From Isurus oxyrinchus (taxonomy: Eukaryota), in NCBI GenBank assembly GCA_026770705.1, contig JANJGN010000026.1, positions 33,604,001 through 33,668,000 on the forward strand: a stretch of 64,000 bases of DNA, in the 5' to 3' direction. The stretch's first letter is position 1, and each line of letters begins with the position of its first letter. A program made the translations under genes and the position numbers. The notes under the pieces are model-generated. The model had not been told where the DNA came from and ran no database searches. It saw only the letters and a list, made by a program, of their open reading frames with translations. Shown in pieces: positions 26,342 to 37,674 of the stretch.

Positions 26342-28275
26342 GACTGTGAATCCCGCCGGACAGAGGGGCTGGCCCTGCAACCAATGAGGAGGTGGGGCTG
26401 ACTGAAGCATGTGCATTGTGGATAATGGGGGTCCACAATGGGTAAAGAGCGGGGATGGCGGGGCGGAGGGAGCGATGGACGAAGACATGTTGTGTAAACC
26501 CGCAGCCATGTTCAACTCGGGCTAAAGGCCCCAATATTTTTTATTCATTCCTGGGATGTGGGTGTCAGTGGCTGCAGCCAGCAGTTACTGGCCATTCCTA
26601 AGTGCCCTTGTTCAGAGCGCAGTTCAGGATCATCACATTGCTGTGGGGTCTGGGGTCACAGATAGGCCAGACCAGGTAAGGGTTTTTATAACAATCGACA
26701 ATGGTTTCATGGTCATCTTTAGACTTTTAATTCCAGATTTTTATTGAATTCAAATTTCACCATCTGCTGTGGTGGGAATTGATCCCACGAGGCCACAGCA
26801 TTACCCTGGGTCTCTTGAATATGAGTACGTCACAATGCCACTATGCCACCACAATGGGCACATGTAGGGGGCAATGTTTTAATGACTGCGAGGAGCTTGT
26901 TACCCATTGATCAAAATGATGACAACTTGTCCATCAAGCTGTATTAACCTTTGAGCTGATCAATAATGTCTTATTGATGAGGCAAAGCAGCAGCAGAGAA
27001 GGCAAGAAAAGGAAGAAAATCCTGCTCTCCTGATCTCACTACCTCATAGATGACCTGCCCCATGTGTCCAAAGATCTGCGTGTCTGTTCAGTCACATGAA
27101 GACCAATGGCAAAAACTCACAACCCTGAGTAGACATCACCCTCTAATCGAGGGATTGCTGACGACAGTGAGGGACAATGTGCAGAGGACGCATGCGAGGT
27201 CAATCTGGACCAGGAAGGAGGAGGAGAGAATGTTGTGAATTTCTATGCTGGGATGGATTTTGGAAACTCCTTTTACAGGGGGTTAGAAGGGGAGGATTTA
27301 TGCACAGCAAACTCAAAGCAAGAAAAATATTTGTCTCCTCTGAATTTCCATCCTGGACTGATAGTGATTGTTTCTATAAACTCATGGGGTACCGGAAGCA
27401 GAGGTCTTTTTTAAGGAGTATCTTAAAGGAGGAAAGGAAGATAGAGAGGCAGACAGGATTAGTAATGAAATCTCAGAGTTTATGGCCTTGGCAGCTACAG
27501 GTACCAAATGTGGAGCAAATGAAATCAGGAATTGTCAGGAAGTCAGAAGTAGAGGAGTGCAGATATCTCAGAGGTAACAAAGGAATGGATGATGGTTTCA
27601 GCAGCAAATGGGCTGAGACTTGGGTGGAGTCTGGTGATGTTACTAGTCTTCATGATGATGCAGGTATGTGGTTGGAGCTTGTCTTGGGGTCAAATATGAC
27701 ACCAATGTTTTGAAGGATCTCCTTCAGCCTCAGGCAGTTGACAGAGAGGGGGCTGGAGTCAGTGCCTAGGGAGTGAAGTTTGTAGTGGGGACTGAGGACA
27801 ATGTCTTCAGCCTTCTCAATATTTAAATGGAGGAAAATTCTCCTCATCCACTGCTGGGTGTTGGGCAGGTCAGTATGGTGTGTGACTTGGAGGGGAACCT
27901 GGAGGTGATGGTGTTCACATACACCCGCTACCCTGGTCCTTCTAGGTGGTGGAGATTGAGGATTCATGAGATTCTGTTAAAGTTCTGGTCGATTTGCACA
28001 AAATTAAATAATATTCCTCTCCTCTGATTCTGCTCCCAGCTTCTTTCACTCTTCTCCCCCCATATTCCAGAGTCTTGTGTAGGACGAGACTGGGTGGCAT
28101 GTTTCCTGAAGCATATTAGTGAACCAGCTGGGGTTTTACGACAATCCAGCAGTTTTCATGGTCATATTTTCCTAGTGTCAGCCCCACAAATCGCCAGATT
28201 CATTCAGCTCAATTTCACAATCTGTCTTTGTGTTTTTGTGGGGTCTCTTTTTTCTGTTTTAAATTATTTTGATAG

Positions 28276-29170
28276 GTTTTTAGAAGGGGAGGTTTTCGAA
28301 TCCGGAAACTCAAACCAAGCATCACATCAGGATCTGACAGAGTCATCCAATTTATCATAATCTTAAACATCATCAGATTTTGAACATGGAAGGAGAAAGC
28401 ACCATTCACAGCAGAGAGAAACCGCACACGTGCCCTGTGTGTGGACGAGGCTTCAGCCGATCATCTGGCCTGTCGAAACACAAGTGCAGTCATGCAGGGG
28501 AGAAACCATGGAAATGTGGAGACTGTGGGAAGGGATTCAGATCCTCTTCTGAGTTGGATACTCATTAACGCACTCACACTGGGGAGAAGCCGTTCATCTG
28601 CTCCATATGTGGGAAGGGATTCATTTGGTCAGCAAACCTGCTGACACACCAGCATGTTCACACTGGGGAGAGACCGTTCACCTGCTCCGAGTGTGGGAAG
28701 GGATTCACTCATTTATCGTCCCTGCTGAGACACCAGCAAGTTCACACTGGAGAGAGGCCATTCACATGCTCTGCGTGTGGGAAAGGATTCACTGATGCAT
28801 CCAACCTGTTGAGACACCAGCAAGTTCATACTGACAAGAGACTTTTTAAATGCCCAGACTGTGGGAAGTGCTTTAAAAGTTCTGGGCTCTGATGTCGCAT
28901 CAGCATGTTCACACTGATGAGAGACCTTTTAATTGTCCAGAATGTGGGAAATGCTATAAAAGGTTCTGGGAACTAATGTTCCATCAACGTGTTCACACTG
29001 ACAAGAGACCGTTCAGGTGCTCTCACTGTGGGACTGGGTTCAGGAGATCACCTGAACTCACTGTACACCAGCGAGTTCACACTGGGGAGAGACTGTTCAC
29101 CTGCCCCGAGTGTGGGAAGAGATTCACACAGTCATCCATCCTGATGAGACACCAGCAAGTTCACAACTAA
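28276..29170 (+). pseudogene. Tandem C2H2 zinc-finger gene (9 fingers), disrupted
   Basis: Repeated CxxC...HxxxH with HTGE(K/R)PF linkers; stops at 28358-28360 and 28566-28568 and a frameshift near 28888. Confidence 0.9.
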
Positions 29171-29230
29171 CTCTTTCGAGTACAAACACGTTTCCATCTG
29201 TTTCAGATGAAGTTACATTGTTTCATAGTT

Positions 29231-29302
29231 TGTCATTGTGAGATTTGAACTCTTGATCTTGGGGTTACAAACCCAGTACCATAACCACTTGGCTATTTAG
29301 GC
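29231..29302 (-). mobile_element. tRNA-like sequence / SINE head (TGT loop)
   Basis: Reverse complement GCCTAAATAGCCAAGTGGTTATGGTACTGGGTTTGTAACCCCAAGATCAAGAGTTCAAATCTC with A and B boxes; poor stems. Confidence 0.5.
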
Positions 29303-29489
29303 CAAACCCCACAAGTAACTACAGTGATTGGATTTCGCTGTTAATCACATTCAGGACTGAACCATGTTCTTTGGGGTCTATTTCTGCTGAATGTTAATCA
29401 ACTCCAAACCAGTTGTAGTTGTTAGTATTGTTGAAATTTAAAAAAGATTAGTTTTGTGTAAAGTACACAGTGAGGCGAATCTTTTTAAT

Positions 29490-30610
29490 CTCTCTAACTC
29501 ACGAAGTTCCTTTTGAAGGGCTCTCCCTCTCCTCTGTCTTCTCCATACTCACCCCCAACAAGTGTGAGGAGCTCATGGAGCTTCTTTGTCACTAAGATTG
29601 AGACAATCCCATCTGTTGACTCTGCTGCTTCCCTCTCATCCACTGGCCAATCGGGCAAAACTATCTTTAAAGCTCCTCCTTGTCCGAGCCCTGAACTTAC
29701 ATCTTTCCCCAGTTTCTCTTCTATCTCTCCCTCATTCCCTTCAGTGCTCATCTTATCCATGAGACCCACCTTCTGCTCCACTGACTCTAGTCCCACTAAG
29801 CTGCTGACCATTCAACTCTCGCTCTCTCCTGGTACTATCCCTCTATCTTTAATCCACCATCATCACCCATTCTATAAAAAAAAATCTTTAACCCCATCTC
29901 CAACTCCCTTTCCTCTCCAATGTCCTTGTACTTGGTGTCCCCCAAGGATCTATCCTTGGACCCTCCTGTTTCTCATCTACCCACTGCCACTAGGTGACAC
30001 CATCCAAAAGCACCACATAAGGTTTCAAATGTACACTGACAACTCACCCTCACCACCATCCCTCTCCATTCCTCCAATTACTAAATTATCAAACTACTTA
30101 TCCGACATCCAGTACTGAAATAAGCAGAAATTTCCTCCAATTAACAATTTGGAAGTCTTCAGTCACCATAATAAATTCTGTTCCCTAACTACCAAGTCCA
30201 TCCCTCTCCCTGGGAACTGTCTGAGGCTGAACCACACTCTTCATAATCTTGGTGTCATATTTCACCCCAAGATGAGTTTCTGACCACATACCCGCACCAT
30301 CACGAATACCAGATATTTCAATCTCCATAACGTCACCTGTCTCCCCCCGCACCCCAGCTCATGTGCTACTGAAACCCTCATCCATGCCCATGTTACCTTT
30401 AGACTTGACAATTCCAATTGACCAACCTCAATACATTCACCCCACCCCCACATGGAACCGTGAGATCATCCAAAACTCTGCTGCCTGTGTGCTTTCTCAC
30501 ATCAAGTCCTGTTCATCCATCACCCCTGTGCTCACTGACCTACATCGGCTCCTGGTCAAACAATGCCTCGATTTTAAAATTCACATTCTTGATTTCAAAT
30601 CCCTCCATGG
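29490..30610 (+). mobile_element. L2-type LINE fragment; sits where the leader of the next V would be expected
   Basis: FFVTKIETI, GVPQGSILGPLLFLIY-like, IIQNSAACVL. Confidence 0.8.
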
Positions 30611-30730
30611 CCGTCTATCATCTGAATTATATCTACATCAATATAACACTGTCTGTGAACTATTGCTGTCAGTTCAGTTCAATTGAAGTAATACTCTCTG
30701 ATTTCCTCTTCCTTTGATCGTGTGTTCCAG

Positions 30731-31034
30731 ATCTGAGCAATGGAGATTCTGTTACTCAGCGCGAATCCTCGCTCACACAGGCAGAGTGAGAAGATGTCGC
30801 TTTAACCTGCATCTTTACTGGCGATGGTTATTACTTATCCTGGTGCTGTCAATACCCAGACAGACAGCCCGAGTTTGCACTCCAGAGACACATGGGCGGT
30901 GATTCTGAATTTAAGGCGGATTTTGCTTAGAGCCGGTTTTCTGATACATTCCAGCAGACAGACAGATTGTACCGATTGACCTTCTCGGAGCTGCGGCTGT
31001 CTGACACCGCAGTATATTACTGTGCACTGAGTCT
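30731..31034 (+). pseudogene. TCR alpha/delta V pseudogene
   Basis: ccag acceptor; LSNGDSVTQRESSLTQAE*EDVALTCIFTGDGYYLSWCCQYPDRQPEFALQR...ADFA*SRFS...ELRLSDTAVYYCALS; two stops; degenerate heptamer catagcg and no nonamer. Confidence 0.88.
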
Positions 31035-33743
31035 CATAGCGATTGTTCCTCGTTCAATAACTGCTGCAGCTTTCTGGGTTACAGCTTCTCTCTGTTGAGG
31101 GCTGTTTACCACAGCGGGTCAGACACTGTCACGTGAATCCATTCCTACTAGCAATAAAACAAGCACAAGAACAAGTACAACAAAAACTGCATCTGAAATC
31201 GGTCCCTTTGATTGCTGACCCTCTTCCCGATGATTGCATTAACGTTATGGGGGCTGAATTGGCTGCTCGCCATTCCCCATTTCCCAAAACTATCTCCAGA
31301 CCCTTTCCTGGAACCGTTCTACTAGTTTAGCTTCAGAGGCAGTTCGTGGCAAACAGAAAAGGAATAATTGTTCTGAAACATCAGTCTGCAGTGGAAACAG
31401 CAGTACTCCAAGCTATAAGGGCGTAATAATTATATGAACCAGTAAATGTTCCTAAATGTAAAAGAAATTTGGACATATTAAAACAGAGCATGTGTAATCT
31501 GAGCAGTTCCTGAAAGTGTGCTGCCATCTTGCGGGAGAAATCAGAATTGTCCCCGTCATTGTTTCCTTCAGTTCAGAGAACTGTTGTTCAGGAATTATCT
31601 TCCGAAGACACTCAAAGGGCACAAATCCCTACGGCAATCCTCATAAGCGCCATCTAATTACGTTCATGTTGAACAATGGCTCTCTCTTTGATGATTGCAT
31701 GAACGGAATGAGGGCAGAATTTGCTGCTCCTTATTCCCATTAAGAAAACACACTCCCACCCGCTTTCCTGGTGCCAGTTCAGTTGGTTTCCCGCTTCTTC
31801 TGACATGGCTGCAATAATTGGTTGTTTCTACCGGCCTGCAGGGGAAGCAGAAGTCCGCCAGCTCGAGACGATTCGAATAATTTGATGAGCCTGTTTAAAT
31901 GTCCCTCAGTGTTAAAGACTTTCGGACATATTGAAAAGAATTATCCGTTTCTGAGGTGTTGCTGCCACCTGGTGGAAGCAATCAGAATGCCGCGGGCAAT
32001 ATTTTCTTCAATTCAGAGCGACTGCTTAGGAGTAATATTTCTAGGAGACTCAAAAGGTAAGTAAGATCGATTGTTGTAATTCTATATCGTGATATTACTA
32101 TAGTTGCTGCACTAGGGTGTACCTCTTTTTATATCACATTACACTGAGTGGTCAGCATTGATTGTTGCCTGAATATACAATGTGTGAAGGCGTAAGTTTG
32201 GTGAGTGAGGGTGTTCAGTGAAGATACAAATTAATTAATCAAAATAAATGTAATTCGCTCAATAAAGATGGCAGGAGAGGTGATGTGTCTCGGCTGCAGC
32301 ATGTGTGAGCTACTGGCTTGCACTGCAATCCATGGCAACCACATAAGACCATAAGACTTAGGAGCAGAAGTAGGCCATTCGGCCCATCGAGTCTAGGTCC
32401 GCCATTCAGTGAGATCATGGCTATTCTGATAATCCTCAACTCCACTTTCCTGTCTTTCCACTATCACCCATGATTCACTTACTTACTGTATTTCTCAACC
32501 TTGGATATATTTAACGACCTAGCCTCTTTGGTAAACAATTCCACAGATTGACGACCCTCTGAGAGAATAGATTCCTCCTCATCTCTATTTTAAGTGGGGG
32601 GCCCCATTACTCTGCGATTATGCCCACCCCCACCCCCCCCCCCCCCCCCCCATCCCACGTCCTAGGAAACCCTGTGCCACTCTGCGTAACATCTGTCGCT
32701 TGTAAAATGCTAGAGTCAATTATTAAGGAAGTAGTAACAACCTAACTAGTGTCTTACAAATGTTCAACATGACATGTTCAACTCTTTTCCACAATGCCCC
32801 TATTAATAAAGCCTAAGATACTGTATGCTTTATTAACTGCTCTCTCAACATGCTGTGCCATCTTCAATAGCTTATGTACATATATATATGCAGGTTCCTT
32901 TGTGCCTGCATCTCCTTTTGAGTTTGTCCCTTTATTTTATACTATTTCTCCATATTCTTTCGGCCAAAATGAATTGCATCACACTTCTGTGGCATTGAAC
33001 TTCTTCTGGCAAACCACCCACGTCTCTATGTCCTTCTGAAGTTCAAATCTATCCCAAACAAAATTCACAAAGTTTCCAATCTTTGTATTATCTGCTAGTC
33101 TTGGAATCTATCTCAGAACAGCACAATCTAGTTTCTTACATCCAGGTCACCATAAGAAGACAAGTGTTATTCGTGGGAGCGTTGCTGAGCTGGAAGTCAG
33201 TGAATAGAAGCAGCTCGAGCTGCGCTGCAGCCAGTGTCCTCATTGTGGGAATAGTTCAGCTGCTAGAGACCGGGGTTGGGCATAAGAGTCCGGTACGTTC
33301 ATTAGGGACTGTCTCGATGTCCTGGGCCCACATCCCACCTTTAACAAACACCACCCAATACGAACTCATGCACCGACCTCCCGGTTCATCACTGTGGGGT
33401 AAGGAGGGCGGCAGCACAACTGGCAGAAAGAAAAGCTCCCTAACCCCAGCCCTGTACAACAGAGTATTGTGGGAGGGGATTTCACATCCGGATCACAATC
33501 CCAATGTAGAGTCAGAAAATTGCAGCCTCCTTTTATAAACCTGTCTCTTATTCACAAAACATTTAGCCAGCGACCCGAGAACCGTGCGGCCCATCAATGA
33601 TCTCAGCTAAGCTGCCCTTTGTAAATCAACTCGATCCCCTAAGGTGTTTCAGTCCAGCCCTGAAGTCCGGTCTCCCAGGGCAGTCCAGGGCTGCAGTCTC
33701 CAGCTCCCCGTCACATAAACCCCCAGCTCTAGGCAGCAGAGCG

Positions 33744-33786
33744 ATGGGAATCCTCCTTGTTTTCACCCTGTGTGTCTGTATACCCC
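33744..33786 (+). CDS. NAR-TCR V leader exon
   Basis: MGILLVFTLCVCIP plus phase-1 donor gtgagt, in frame with the V exon at 33935. Confidence 0.85.
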
Positions 33787-33934
33787 GTGAGTACCGATCA
33801 AACAAACCGACATTGTGTGGGTTTAATATAAAGCTGCTTGAGTCCATCCCAATTACAGACAATGTCTGCGGGTTTAACCCCGCTCCGTGGTTCGGCTCTG
33901 ATGGTCCATTACACTCTCTCTGTTTAATTTCCAG

Positions 33935-34222
33935 GCTCTTTCAGTCAGTCAGTGACACAGACCCCAGCAGCGGTGACCAGGAAGGAGTGTCAGTCTCTCA
34001 CCATCATCTGTGTTTATTATGGTTATTATTATTTACAAAATGGACACTTCTTCAAACAAACCCAGACCGGGACAGAGTGGGAGCGGATCTCCAGCGGGGA
34101 GAGATTTGTTGTGTCGGTGAATAAAGCAGGAAAGACATTTTCACTGGAAATTCGGGACATGAGAGTTGAAGACACCGCCAACTATTACTGTAAAGCTCAG
34201 TACAGATACAACATTGGTTAAT
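33935..34222 (+). CDS. NAR-TCR (IgNAR-like) V exon, possibly a germline-joined VD
   Basis: SFSQSVTQTPAAVTRKECQSLTIICVYYGYYYLQNGHFFKQTQTGTEWERISSGERFVVSVNKAGKTFSLEIRDMRVEDTANYYCKAQYRYNIG*; short FR2-CDR2 region as in VNAR, extra FR1 Cys, YYCKA. Confidence 0.88.
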
Positions 34223-34250
34223 CACAGAGGAAAAGGCCTGAACAAATAGC
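34223..34250 (+). other. 12-RSS 3' of the NAR-TCR V
   Basis: CACAGAG + 12-nt GAAAAGGCCTGA + ACAAATAGC. Confidence 0.75.
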
Positions 34251-34564
34251 TCTGTACAATTAAAATATATATTCTCCGGGCCCAGATAGTGAATTGTCGG
34301 GTTGATGTTATCATCGCTGGAATCTGATTACGTTTTATTGTAATTTCCACCATTCCATTATCTTTCTTTGATATTTGTCTCGGTTTATATGAAGCGAACA
34401 TCTCGTTCCCTGGACCAGTTACTCAGCCCTCAGGGCCTCACAAAGCACAGTGTGAGCCGGCAGACATTTTGAAACATTGAATATTGTTTATTTTTTTCAA
34501 TCCGCTGAATATATGGCAGTTTCTACTGTCTGGTGATGATTTCCCGCCAGGTTGAGTTGTCGGT

Positions 34565-34603
34565 GGTTCTTGTGCCGGGGAGACTGAGAGCAGTGTTACT
34601 GTG
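34565..34603 (-). other. 23-RSS 5' of the NAR-TCR J
   Basis: GGTTCTTGT + 23-nt spacer + TACTGTG as read on +. Confidence 0.88.
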
Positions 34604-34656
34604 GTGGAAATATGATTCTGTGGATGGATCCGGTACGATGTTGACTGTCATAGCCG
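34604..34656 (+). CDS. NAR-TCR J segment
   Basis: WKYDSVDGSGTMLTVIA plus phase-1 donor gtaagt; DGxGT motif of NAR-type J. Confidence 0.9.
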
Positions 34657-37271
34657 GTAAGTGACTCCAGCCACCCTCCCCCTCACACCTGTTGCGGCCT
34701 GTCCTAGCTAATGTTCACCCGCTGCTTTTTATTGTGATCAGTGTCAGTTTAGTCCCACGAAAAGGAAAACAGATGGTTTTCATAAGGAAACCTCTCTGTT
34801 GGCTTTTTCGATTTGGGGGCAGAATATTATTCAGGAGCCGGGTCGAATGTCTAGGTGAAACTATGTGTGAGATCTGTCAGACTAGGTGGTCAACGGGATC
34901 AGGGTGGGTGGAGGATGGAGTGTGGGGACGTGAGGGAGGGGATTTTAAGTTTGGAGGAGCGTGAGGGTTCGCTGCATCTGAACCATTATTAGTTTCACTG
35001 GTACATTGGGGGCCATCAATCCCTCTGATTCACAATACTAATCATTTGTAAGTTTGGAATTGCTAACATTTATCTCTTTTGAATGTAGATTTTTGAGATA
35101 CTGGATTGCTTTAATTTATCTGTATCTGTGATTTCTGCAAATTAAAACAACACAGAGCAGTGGGAGAGTGAGGATGATGCACTAAACTGCTAGAAGGGAA
35201 CAGGAACATAAGAGAACAATAATAATCGAAACCAAGAGAAAGGTTGGATGATTTCTGGGGGCCGTTCAAAATTCTTCCTGGCACGAGTGTGGGGGGTGAG
35301 GTTTATGGAGGGAAAGGCTGCAATGGGTCCAGTCTGGAATGCTAGGTAAACGCTTGGCCTCTTTGTTAGGGAAAGATCTAAATCCTTTGGAGTGAGTGCA
35401 ACAAAGTTTCATCAGACTGATTGCTGAGATAAAGTCTTACGAGAAGAGATTGAGTTGTCTGGGTCTATATTGCCCCGGGTTTCGAGGAATTGAGATGTAA
35501 TCTCATTTGAAACATGTAATATGGAAGACAGGGCAGATTCCCGGTGGATGTTTCCCAAGGCTGGTAAGTCTATAACTATGGGTCAAAGTTTCAGAATAAA
35601 CATTCGGCCATTAGAACTCAGAAGAGGAGAAGTCAAACCATTGTTGTGAGTCTGTACCTCAGAGAGCTTTGGATACTCAGTGCTGACTGTACTTAGGACG
35701 GTATTCGATAGATCTTTGGATACTAAAAGAATGAAGGGATATGGGGGCACTGCTGTAATGTGATTTTGAGGATGGAGATCAGCGACGATGGTATTGAATG
35801 GCAGAGCAGGTTTGAAAGGTGCTATAGCGGCCTCTCCATCTCCTTGTTAGGTTCTCTGCTTTGATTTCTTACGTTCCTGAGAAATGCAATCAGCAACAAT
35901 CCACGTCTCTCTAGAACGATTGAACAGGCTGGGCCACTTTTCATTGTAAAAGAGGAAACCGAGGAGATATCAGAGAAACCTTTTAATTATGAATGTGTTC
36001 AATCGGGTGGATGTGGAGCAACTGGTAATTTGTGGCTGAGTCCAGAGCAATAGGAGATTATTATAAGGTAGCCACTAATTGAACATAAAAGGCATTAAGA
36101 AAAATACATTTGCATGAACACGTGTCAGAATGTGGAACTGGAGGTCACATGGAGTGGCTGGAGCAGAGAGCATTGATAGATTTATGGGAAGACTTCAAAA
36201 TACAAGAGGAAGAGCGGAATAAACAGGCAGAAGGATGTGGACCGAATTTGTCATTTAGATTTCGGGCAGGAAGGGCTGGTTTGGAGTGTAAACATAGGCA
36301 TCAATCAATTAGGCCGAATGGCCTATTCCTCTTCTGCAGATTGTGTATAATGTAAAACCTTCGAGAATACTCCGCTCAGAGAACCAGGGACAGAATCAGT
36401 CAATGAGCGGAAAGAATTGAAATTGTCAGAGAGCCGGAAGAGACAGCTCCCAGTGAGTAACAGGGAAACCACTGCGGAAACTGAACAGACTGATCCCAAC
36501 CGACAACTGAGAGAGATTGGGACAAGTTCCCACGATTGCAAAAAGCGCAAACAGCACATTAACGTAAAATAAAGTGAGAGTAACTGTAAATATTTCAAAT
36601 TAAAAGGACACGGAGAAATTTGGGCCCTCATGTTAGATGAATATAGAGAAACAGATCAAAAAGTTGATAGAAACTCCCGAGCAGTGGTCAACTCCAGCAA
36701 ATGATTAACCTTTGACCACCTATGTTCACTATCGGTTTGGCCCAATCAGTGCTGATGAATCTCATCAAGTTATTATGGATCTTGCTTTGATGCTAAACAG
36801 TTCGGTTAGTCTCGGGCAATCATTTTGGAAACTGATTGCTTCGCTGATAATAAAATGTTCCTTCTGGAAAAATAGAAACAGAAATGTAATATACATTACA
36901 TGCTGCACTGCAGTTGAAATCCGGTCCATCCTGTCGGTGCTGCCCCTCTAAAAATGCAACCCAATTATCCCCACTACTCTCTTTCCCCGTAGCCCTGTGT
37001 TTTTCCATGTTCCAACATTTATCCATTACTCGTTTGGAAAACACCCTTAACCAGTTTCACCGTCTGTTCAGACAATGCATGCCAAATAGTAAGAACTCGC
37101 TCTGAAACACAAAATAACACCTCATCCTTTCACTGCTTCATATTTCAATAACAGTGAATGAAGTTAAAGCAGGTTATAAATTAAACAAACTCACCCAAAA
37201 CCACAGCATCTACTGCGATTAACAAGTTTCCCAGTCTCTAAATAGATTAAGATCAAATTTTTCTCCTGCAG

Positions 37272-37577
37272 ATTCCAGTTCCATTGTATCCCAGAATCCG
37301 CCTGTCCAAACCTCTGCTGTGGGTGACACCGTTACTTTAAGCTGTGAGTATTCAGGTGTCTGTCAGTACACAGTACACTGGTACCGTCAGTCCCCAGGAC
37401 AGGCTCCGGATTACTTGCTTCAGAGACATGCTTCAGGAGAAGAGGATAAAGAAAACACTGTTGGGGGGAGAAGTTCTGCTTCTATCGATCCTGCCGAGAA
37501 AATCAGCCGGTTAAATATCTTCAAACTACAACTGAGCGATTCCGCTGGGTATTACTGTGCACTGAGTCAGCGCACAG
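37272..37577 (+). CDS. Supporting TCR delta V segment of the NAR-TCR cassette (no leader exon found)
   Basis: ctgcag acceptor, phase 1 matching the NAR J donor; SSSIVSQNPPVQTSAVGDTVTLSCEYSGVCQYTVHWYRQSPGQAP...LQLSDSAGYYCALSQRT; extra Cys in CDR1; open frame. Confidence 0.9.
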
Positions 37578-37616
37578 CACAGTGATACAGAGCACGGAGG
37601 GTGCCATACAAAAACC
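37578..37616 (+). other. Consensus 23-RSS of the supporting Vdelta
   Basis: CACAGTG + 23 nt + ACAAAAACC. Confidence 0.96.
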
Positions 37617-37635
37617 TGAACATGGAGGGATTAGA

Positions 37636-37674
37636 CACAGTGATAAAGAGCAGGGAGAGAGCTGTACAAAACCT
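37636..37674 (+). other. Second, duplicated 23-RSS
   Basis: CACAGTG + 23 nt + ACAAAACCT, 58 bp after the first. Confidence 0.85.

Noticed and set aside
27177-27713. 178-aa ORF
   Set aside because: Largely antisense to L2-type LINE debris; no recognisable domain
33597-34124. 175-aa ORF spanning the NAR-TCR leader and V
   Set aside because: Read-through of the leader into its intron, then out of frame with the V exon
34382-34480. Possible NAR-TCR D segment (GGTTTATAT at 34382; CACAGTG at 34446)
   Set aside because: No heptamer at 12 or 23 nt from the nonamer-like motif and no acceptable nonamer 12 or 23 nt after the heptamer; at most a decayed remnant
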